This document shows, one piece after another, positions 24,333 to 30,496 of a stretch of 30,496 bases of DNA (positions are counted from its first letter, which is position 1; each line of letters begins with the position of its first letter). The notes below the pieces were generated by a model, which was not told the origin of the DNA, searched no databases, and saw nothing but the letters and a program-made list of their open reading frames with translations. Origin of the DNA: a virus (Duplodnaviria; Caudoviricetes); IMG/VR virus record IMGVR_UViG_3300005805_000313, positions 1 through 30,496 of that record; one strand, given 5' to 3'. Both the position numbers and the translations under genes were made by a program.

Positions 24333-27317
24333 TTAATTATCTCTTGCACCCTTTTGAGGGTTGTTTCTGAACAAGGCTTGGTCGGCCAGGTTGATGTTGA
24401 GTCGTCCAGGCACAGTGCCAGGACCACGATTAAATGCAGGACCAACCACCTGTCCATTGCTCACTGGTGGCTTGCCAGGCAACAGTGTGCTGGCGCCTGT
24501 GGCCACAGCAGCAGTAGCAGCAGCCTTGTTGACTTGGCTACCGTCGCCAGGAATAAATGGTCTGGCTGCGCCTATCAACTGTGACTTATATGCGTCAGCA
24601 GAGCCACGACCTGCGCCAGCATTACTGGTGTTCTTTTTACCAGTCCTTGCTTCGACTGCGGCAGTTTGATTGGCAGGATCCACAGGTTTGGGTCTGGTGT
24701 TAATGGGCTTTTTTTGTGCGTTCTGTCGAGCCAGTCTGGCAGTTTCAGCAGCACTTTGATCCGGTCCAGTGGGCACTGTGCCAGCCGCGGTGTTCCTGCC
24801 TGACGGAATGGGAAACATAAACAAACTGCCGTCAAGGGTTTGTTCAAATTTGCCTTGCTTGAATTCGCTGACCACTTTAACGCAATGATAGATGTTGCTT
24901 TGTAATGGTTGTCGTGCTTCCAGTTTTGCACCTTGATAAGGATCAGCCAGTCCAGTGGCAATGTCATAGTCATATGGTCGTTGCCAGGCTATTTCAAACA
25001 GCACTTGTTGTGCATCAAAGTTTATGGTACCATCAGCAAAGAATGGCGAATAACTGAAATCCTCCACGGACACGGATCCGGCCAGGTTTCCTTGCTGAAT
25101 CCAAGCAGGATCACCAATGATTTTTACCTTGGCCTTGCTCAAATCTCCTGGACTGTACAGGTATTCGCTGGCATTGGCTCCAACTTTATTGCCCTGAGCA
25201 AATGCACCGGCTTGACTTTCGGTGCTGGCAGTGGCATAGGTGTACTTGGGCATGTCTCTCATGCTGCTGGTATATTTTCTGCGCAGTTCTGCGGCTTCAC
25301 TGTTTTGTGGAGTACTGCCAGTGACTGTGATATTGTACAATGAATTAAAGTTGACAGTGTAGTCCAGCACAGCGGTGTTTTCGCCAGTGAACCAGTAAGG
25401 ATAACTTTTGTGAACCCCACGAAATTTACTCATTGGAAAATAAGTTGAATCAAAATTGGGTACCTCGTACTCGCTGATCACAAAACGAATTTTGTAGGCA
25501 TTGTCGTTTCTGAGACGATCATACTCTAGTTGTTCGGCTTCCATGTTGATTTTGAACCAGCGCATGGGTTCTGTTCGGTCCGGGTTGAATGATTGTGTGC
25601 CATCTTCGTGTTCTATGGTCAGTGCCTGGCTGGTGATGTAACTGGAGTTTCTTATGGCCAGGTCAATGGCCTGCACAATCTGCATGCCAGCAGTGATACT
25701 GTAATTACGGCTCCTAATATTCACAGCATTGGTGGCCGGATTCAATGCTTGATTGGCATTGTTGCTGGCTGCTGTGCCCATGCCAGTCTGGCTTGACGCT
25801 GCTGTGGGCGATGCTGGTTTTTTCTCTCCAGGCTTGACTTCTTTTTGAAATCCAGCAGGTATTTGTATCACAGCATCTCTGATGTTTTGCTTGCCATCGC
25901 GTCCGGGCACAAACACAATTTCATAACTGTCGGCTTTTTGATAGATGTTTGTCAACACCAACTGCTGTTGAGCTTCGTTCATGGCACCCATCAGTCCCAG
26001 TTTGATGATTTTGCGGTCCGTGGCAGCATTGGCCTTGGGCGGTGACCCAGTAGACGCAGCAGCATCTATGGCGTTGTCCACTGCGCGAACTTGTGCTTGA
26101 CTGGGCCGGTTTGCAACCACTCGTTGTTGTCTTTGATTGGCAAAAGTTCTAGAATCTGTGGCAGCATTGGCTCTGCCTCTAGCATCTGTGACAATTTTTT
26201 TTGTTGTAGATCCTGAATTTTTTGATCCTGGCGTGGTGCTGGCGCCTGGATTGGCAGCATCAGCTGAATTTGTGCTGTAGACTGCATTGCCACCCAGCAG
26301 TTCTCCCACTGTGGTCGAAGTCAGTTGCACATCATAAGGTATGGTACCACGACGTGTGCCGCCAGCAATCATTTGTCCTATGGGTGCGCAGTCAAATTCA
26401 TAGGTGACCAACTTGCTGCTCACAGCCCAGTTGATTTTTTTAATAATGAATGGTATGAATTTTTCACAAATGGATCTGGGATCTGACAGGGTGCTGTCTG
26501 CATCAGCGTTGGTCTTGACCGTGACCATGTTGCCTTTTTCATCATAACCATACCAACGTATGACCATGAGATAGGCAGCGGCTGTGTAGTTCACTGTCCC
26601 GGCAGAGTCGTCTAAGGTCTGTGCCATGTTTTGCACAGCAGCATACAGGCGATCCAGCAGCGTGATGTTGCCGGGTTCTATCACAGTGAACTTCAAGTTG
26701 GTGACCATGTGTGCTGCCTGTGTTTGCCGGCCCGGCAAAGCATTGTCTATGGTTATGGTGTCAATGTAAAAATCCTGGGGGAATTCTGGATTGCGCCCGT
26801 AATCAAACTGATTGTCAGAGCCCACACCCAGTTCAGCGGCCTGCCCCACTGGCAAGGGACCGCCCACATTGCCTGGAGCACCACCTGACTGAAACAACAG
26901 GTTGTAGCCGTTGATGGTTTTCTTTTTGCTGCGCAACAAACGATTGTATTGATTTCTCGACATGAGATACACACTGGCCGAATAGGTGTAACTGCTGTAC
27001 TGGTCCAAGATGTTTGGGCGCGGCTCAATAGCACCATCAGCGGTGAGATTGCCTTTTTTGATTGCGTTCTGTTGCGTGGTATCACTGCTGGAGTTGGCAG
27101 CCGAAGTTGATCCATTGTTCTTGGTCTGACTGTTGTCGTCGTTGGCCTTGTTGTTGTTGCGTTGAATTGATGTCAGTACGTTGGTGTTGGTTTCGTTCAC
27201 GAAGCCTTGACCAGTGACTTCAGCCCGAGGAGCCGAACGAATGTAGTCAGTGATCAGTCTGCGTTGCTCTTGAGCATTGTCCGGCAAGGGTGGTGGTACA
27301 GCGGGTCCGTAGGCCAT
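24333..27317 (-). CDS. Baseplate hub protein, T4 gp27 / Mu gp44-like, expanded by low-complexity inserts (994 aa)
   Basis: Sits between gp53 and gp5. The C-terminal KVKIIGDP...YHCVKVVSEFKQGKFEQTL matches the hub-family pattern (i-GdP...Y-v--v-h-f--g-f-q-l). N-terminal core NILDQYSSYTY...FYID...FTVIEP. Confidence 0.7.
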   Translation of the reverse strand: MAYGPAVPPPLPDNAQEQRRLITDYIRSAPRAEVTGQGFVNETNTNVLTSIQRNNNKANDDNSQTKNNGSTSAANSSSDTTQQNAIKKGNLTADGAIEPRPNILDQYSSYTYSASVYLMSRNQYNRLLRSKKKTINGYNLLFQSGGAPGNVGGPLPVGQAAELGVGSDNQFDYGRNPEFPQDFYIDTITIDNALPGRQTQAAHMVTNLKFTVIEPGNITLLDRLYAAVQNMAQTLDDSAGTVNYTAAAYLMVIRWYGYDEKGNMVTVKTNADADSTLSDPRSICEKFIPFIIKKINWAVSSKLVTYEFDCAPIGQMIAGGTRRGTIPYDVQLTSTTVGELLGGNAVYSTNSADAANPGASTTPGSKNSGSTTKKIVTDARGRANAATDSRTFANQRQQRVVANRPSQAQVRAVDNAIDAAASTGSPPKANAATDRKIIKLGLMGAMNEAQQQLVLTNIYQKADSYEIVFVPGRDGKQNIRDAVIQIPAGFQKEVKPGEKKPASPTAASSQTGMGTAASNNANQALNPATNAVNIRSRNYSITAGMQIVQAIDLAIRNSSYITSQALTIEHEDGTQSFNPDRTEPMRWFKINMEAEQLEYDRLRNDNAYKIRFVISEYEVPNFDSTYFPMSKFRGVHKSYPYWFTGENTAVLDYTVNFNSLYNITVTGSTPQNSEAAELRRKYTSSMRDMPKYTYATASTESQAGAFAQGNKVGANASEYLYSPGDLSKAKVKIIGDPAWIQQGNLAGSVSVEDFSYSPFFADGTINFDAQQVLFEIAWQRPYDYDIATGLADPYQGAKLEARQPLQSNIYHCVKVVSEFKQGKFEQTLDGSLFMFPIPSGRNTAAGTVPTGPDQSAAETARLARQNAQKKPINTRPKPVDPANQTAAVEARTGKKNTSNAGAGRGSADAYKSQLIGAARPFIPGDGSQVNKAAATAAVATGASTLLPGKPPVSNGQVVGPAFNRGPGTVPGRLNINLADQALFRNNPQKGARDN
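24334..24341 (-). promoter_or_regulatory. Possible late-promoter variant GATAATTA
   Basis: 6/8 match, overlapping the hub stop codon, 9 nt upstream of the gp5 ATG. Confidence 0.3.
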
Positions 27318-27318
27318 G

Positions 27319-27618
27319 TTAGAATCCTAGCACTGATTTCAGTGTGGTTATTTTGGGCAACAAGATCGAAGTGTTGGCCACAAAGTCCAAGGGCGGTTTT
27401 GTGAGTGTGTTGGGGTTGCGTTGATAAAACACCCACCACAGTCTGGCATCGCCATACAAGTCATGTGCCAACAAGTCGGGTCTGTACTGATAAGTGAGAT
27501 TGATGTCAAAACTTAGATCATCACTCTGCGCAGGAATGGGCCGATTGACCATGACATCCAGGAAAAACTCACTGTAACCCGTGGTAAAGTATGGACTGGT
27601 TGCGTCATAGTTGGCCAT
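27319..27618 (-). CDS. gp53: Baseplate wedge subunit, gp53 / LysM-like (99 aa)
   Basis: RPDLLAHDLYGDARLWWVF---N matches the gp53 RPD-IA---YG---L-W-I---N signature. TAATG overlap with the upstream gene. Confidence 0.88.
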   Translation of the reverse strand: MANYDATSPYFTTGYSEFFLDVMVNRPIPAQSDDLSFDINLTYQYRPDLLAHDLYGDARLWWVFYQRNPNTLTKPPLDFVANTSILLPKITTLKSVLGF

Positions 27619-29576
27619 TACCAGAATCCTCCTTTGAGCAGTTTACCACTGGCATAGTCTTGCAGATTAAACAATTTGCTTTGCTGGCTGCGTGTTTGAA
27701 TGGGCATGAGTGTGATGCTTATTTCACACTTGGTGGGCACGTAAGTGGCATTGTCAATGTTGTTGACTGACTGTAGATCCAGCAGACTCTGTGCGGGCAC
27801 ATTGGGCAAGGCACCTTTTTTCAGCCCGGCGTTTCGCAGTCGATCCAACACTGCGGTAAAGGGATTGCTGCTACCAGTGTCGGTCTTGGTTTGTCTATCA
27901 CCCAGGTTGACATTGTAGTTGTTGGGCTTGGTTCGGATGTAGTCACAGTCATTGGGCATGCTGTAGGCAAACTGTTTGACCACACAGGGTTGATTGTTGA
28001 ACTGGTACTGACCCAGGCCAATGAGATACACCAAGGGTGGCGGCGCACCACGCAAGGGATCTCTAGCACCGTAGAACATCTTGGTCACCGAACGGAAAAA
28101 ATGTATCACTGCCAACAAATAGTTGGCTTCTGCTGTGTCTTGCGCTGTGAATATGCCTGTAAGAGTGATGTCCCCCACATATGAACTTTTGTAAAACTGC
28201 CCGCGATAGTTTGAATGTGTGAGATCAGTGCTGTCGTAAGTGGCATTGTACGAAGTCTGTATGGTGGGCATGTAAGGAAACACCACACCGTTGCTGGCTG
28301 CCAAGGGTGCCAATATGCTGTTCTTTACATCTGTGTCTTTGTACAGATATGTGGCTCCAGGCGCCAGACGCAGTCGCACACGCCAGTCACCCGATGCTGG
28401 TGACTGGAACTCAGCCTGTACTGCCCCTTGTTGTTTGAGTTGTGCTTCTTGTGCGGCCTGAAGATTGGCTTCAACGGCTTCGGGATTTCGAGCAATCTGT
28501 TCATTTTGTTGTTGTCGCTGTGCAGCAAATGGGCTGGTGGCACCAGGATCTTGAGCAGGATCCACAGGAGCAGGTGCTTGCACGCCAATGGCCTCCTGCA
28601 CACTGGCATTGGTATTTGCATTGAAGTCAGCAGCCGCTGCTGCAGGATCTTGCTCAGCCGGCACTGTCTGTGCCTGAGCAATGCTTTGTTCAGGAGTCAA
28701 CAGTGGTTGATTTTGCGGCTCGTCAATGACCACTTCTGGCACTGAGGCAGCATCCACGGGTTCTGGCGCATCAGTGGCCACCAATGGTATTGGTGCAGCA
28801 GGTGCAATTTGTTCTTCAGTCAGTGGTGCTGGCGCAGCATTTTGTACCTGGGTATTTTCAAGGCTTGGTGTTTGATTCAACGCAGGATCGGGGCCTTCAG
28901 TTGTTTCTACGTCAGAGTTGGTTGATGATTGACTAAAGGTAGTAGTTGATGTGTTGGTAGTGGTATTAGGTACTGTAGATACTGTGGGGTTGCCTGGAGT
29001 TTTTGCTTCTTCTGCTTGACTTGCTAACTGGTTTCGCTCATTTGTTAATTCAGTTATTTTTGCTCGACGTGCTGCTTGTTCTTCAGGTGTTGCATTGGCA
29101 TTGCGTGGGTTGTCTGCCAGATACTGTTTTAATTCTGCAGTTTTGGCATCGGACCGTGATTGCAACGCAAGACTGGTATCATTGGCTTTTGGTTGTCCAC
29201 TTATCACAGTGGTTGACCCGCCACCACTGACTTGCTCAGTGCTGGTGGTGGTGTATGTTATTGGTGTTTTGGTGCTGGGCTGACTGTCAGCCTTTACAGG
29301 ATAATCAACTCTTTCAAAGTTGTTAGATTCAAGGCCTTGATAAAACTGAGCCGATTCTCGTTGTTCGGCAGCAGTAGGAGCCTGTGTAATTGTACCAGTT
29401 CCTGCAATAGCAGGTCCAATAGTGCCGCGGCTAGAATCACCGGGCACATCATTGACCACATAGTTGTCTGCTTCAGCATCTGTAATACCTGATTGCTGAA
29501 ATGCAGCCTCGTCGCTCAATCCTTGTTGACGAAGTTTGTTGTATGCTGCTGCTTTTTTTGGATCGTAACCGGCCAT
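27618..29576 (-). CDS. Tail-tube initiator / tube-cap-like protein (gp48/gp54-type C-terminal domain) with a ~395-aa low-complexity N-terminal extension (652 aa)
   Basis: The C-terminal ~255 aa (VFPYMPTI...ITLTGIF...PPPLVYL...PCVVKQF-Y...VPTKCEISITL) follows the tube-initiator pattern, and the gene directly precedes the LysM/gp53 gene as in contractile systems. AGGA at 29585-29588. The N-terminus is A/P/Q/T/E-rich. Confidence 0.68.
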   Translation of the reverse strand: MAGYDPKKAAAYNKLRQQGLSDEAAFQQSGITDAEADNYVVNDVPGDSSRGTIGPAIAGTGTITQAPTAAEQRESAQFYQGLESNNFERVDYPVKADSQPSTKTPITYTTTSTEQVSGGGSTTVISGQPKANDTSLALQSRSDAKTAELKQYLADNPRNANATPEEQAARRAKITELTNERNQLASQAEEAKTPGNPTVSTVPNTTTNTSTTTFSQSSTNSDVETTEGPDPALNQTPSLENTQVQNAAPAPLTEEQIAPAAPIPLVATDAPEPVDAASVPEVVIDEPQNQPLLTPEQSIAQAQTVPAEQDPAAAAADFNANTNASVQEAIGVQAPAPVDPAQDPGATSPFAAQRQQQNEQIARNPEAVEANLQAAQEAQLKQQGAVQAEFQSPASGDWRVRLRLAPGATYLYKDTDVKNSILAPLAASNGVVFPYMPTIQTSYNATYDSTDLTHSNYRGQFYKSSYVGDITLTGIFTAQDTAEANYLLAVIHFFRSVTKMFYGARDPLRGAPPPLVYLIGLGQYQFNNQPCVVKQFAYSMPNDCDYIRTKPNNYNVNLGDRQTKTDTGSSNPFTAVLDRLRNAGLKKGALPNVPAQSLLDLQSVNNIDNATYVPTKCEISITLMPIQTRSQQSKLFNLQDYASGKLLKGGFW

Positions 29577-29594
29577 GTTTGTATTCCTATGTGT

Positions 29595-29602
29595 TATTTA
29601 CC
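29595..29602 (-). promoter_or_regulatory. Late-promoter-like motif GGTAAATA heading the baseplate operon
   Basis: TAAATA core 18 nt upstream of the ATG at 29576, with AGGA in between. Confidence 0.6.
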
Positions 29603-29632
29603 CATTTCAAAAACCACACACTTAAAGAAAGG

Positions 29633-29660
29633 TTGACAAATGTTGTAAACATGCTACAAT
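29633..29660 (+). promoter_or_regulatory. Sigma70-type promoter for the gp55-like gene
   Basis: TTGACA (29633-29638), 16-nt spacer, then TG-c-TACAAT (extended -10; hexamer 29655-29660). A-rich sequence upstream and GGAG at 29673-29676 before the ATG at 29688. Confidence 0.75.
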
Positions 29661-29687
29661 AAGTACATATCCGGAGAACTCCCACCA

Positions 29688-30496
29688 ATGACGTTAATCG
29701 CAAAACCCGCACCCAAGGTCAACTACCTTAACAACCGCGACATATTGAAAGAAATACATCTCAGCAAAAACACCTACTGTAGTTTCCGAGACAGAACAAC
29801 TGACCATCAGTTTGACATGATCCTGCCGAGTGTGAGCAAGATCAATCAAAAGACCATTGCCGAAGCACGTCGCAATCGTGCTGACCGTCACCGACGTGAA
29901 ACTGGTCTAGTGATTGACCCCAAAAAAATACCCAATACCGAGGTGGTTTTTCGCATCATGACATGGGAACACATACCCATGGCGCCCAAAAAAATACCTA
30001 AAACTGCTGCCAAAAAGAAAAAGATTGAAGACATCTTGGACTTGGATGACGTTGTGGAAGATCCACTGGCGGATCTTGTTGAGGATGTTGTACTAGACCC
30101 CACGCACATGCGGGTGAACTTCCCCCCGTTTTGGCATTACCGATTGGACGAGCACAAGATGCCTGTGTTGGTGGGCAAAAGCCACTGGCGGGGCGACGTG
30201 GACTCTGGCGAGTTCTGCAAGGATCACGGCAACATGACACGCAAACTGGCCATGATGTTTATGAAACTGTGCGAACGTTATGCCACAAGATCAAACTGGA
30301 GAGGATACACTTACAATGAAGAAATGCGCGGACAAGCCCTGTTACAACTCAGTCAAATTGGACTGCAATTCGACGAATCAAAATCGCAGAACCCTTTTGC
30401 GTATTATACTGCCGCTATCACTAATAGCTTTACTCGCATTCTAAACATTGAAAAGAAAAATCAAAACATTCGTGATGACATTTTAGAAATGAATGG
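29688..30496 (+). CDS. gp55: Late-transcription RNA polymerase sigma factor, T4 gp55 family; partial, runs off the right edge
   Basis: Not in the ORF track because there is no stop in the window. MTLIAKPAPKVNYLNNRDILKEI...LAMMFMKLCERYATRSNWRGYTYNEEM...QFDESKSQNPFAYYTAAITNSFTRIL aligns by eye with the T4 gp55 motifs NYVNNKELL, NFSGYT...EM and [21 protein letters not shown]. Confidence 0.92.
   Translation, partial: MTLIAKPAPKVNYLNNRDILKEIHLSKNTYCSFRDRTTDHQFDMILPSVSKINQKTIAEARRNRADRHRRETGLVIDPKKIPNTEVVFRIMTWEHIPMAPKKIPKTAAKKKKIEDILDLDDVVEDPLADLVEDVVLDPTHMRVNFPPFWHYRLDEHKMPVLVGKSHWRGDVDSGEFCKDHGNMTRKLAMMFMKLCERYATRSNWRGYTYNEEMRGQALLQLSQIGLQFDESKSQNPFAYYTAAITNSFTRILNIEKKNQNIRDDILEMN

Noticed and set aside
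26195-26225. Homopolymer T runs as phase-variation sites (also near 24710 and 29553)
   Set aside because: They are runs of about 7-8 nt that encode Lys-containing dipeptides in frame, with no frameshift or alternative product.
127-29492. Many plus-strand and alternate-frame ORFs of 60-201 aa (e.g. 23683..24288, 11367..11885, 18797..19270, 21462..21914)
   Set aside because: They lie antisense to or within long, motif-supported minus-strand genes. They have no recognisable motifs or start signals and are expected shadows of codon bias.
17117-29576. Bacterial eCIS, T6SS or tailocin locus
   Set aside because: Gene order is similar, but a gp55-type late sigma, T4-type late promoters and T4-style gp6/gp53 point to a lytic phage genome.
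29694-30319. ORF-track calls 29694..29891, 29888..30109, 29998..30240 and 30131..30319
   Set aside because: All overlap the gp55-like frame starting at 29688, which has a promoter, an RBS and family motifs.
1-30496. Stop-codon reassignment (no called gene ends in TAG)
   Set aside because: All genes are intact under the standard code and tile the window. Ten stops (eight TAA, two TGA) are too few to infer recoding, and no gene needs TAG readthrough.
1-30496. CRISPR array, tRNA, structured ncRNA or intrinsic terminators
   Set aside because: Intergenic gaps are at most 111 bp. I saw no regularly spaced repeats, cloverleaf or GC-rich stem with a U-tract.

Overview
This window is the baseplate module of a large T4-related (jumbo-type) contractile-tailed phage. 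Eleven tightly packed genes run on the minus strand, read from right to left: a tube-initiator-like protein (gp48/gp54-like C-terminus), gp53, a gp27-like hub, a gp5-like spike, a separate protein with an apparently degenerate lysozyme-like domain, gp25, gp6, a giant 5125-aa gp7-like wedge/adhesin, a 50-aa ORF missing from the ORF track, a 202-aa conserved structural protein and a truncated gp9/gp10-like fibre protein. A truncated gp55-like late sigma factor with a ~150-aa insertion is transcribed divergently at the right end. T4-late-type TAAATA motifs precede most genes, and a sigma70-type promoter precedes gp55. I found no RNA genes, CRISPR array, mobile element or reverse transcriptase. 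All assignments come from motif recognition and gene order, not database searches. I see no clearly new biological system. The most unusual items are the nested-domain architecture of the giant protein (including seven dispersed FG-GAP-like blades and a ligand-less cupredoxin-like module), the split spike plus pseudo-lysozyme, the enlarged gp55 and the 50-aa peptide that resembles the start of its neighbour.
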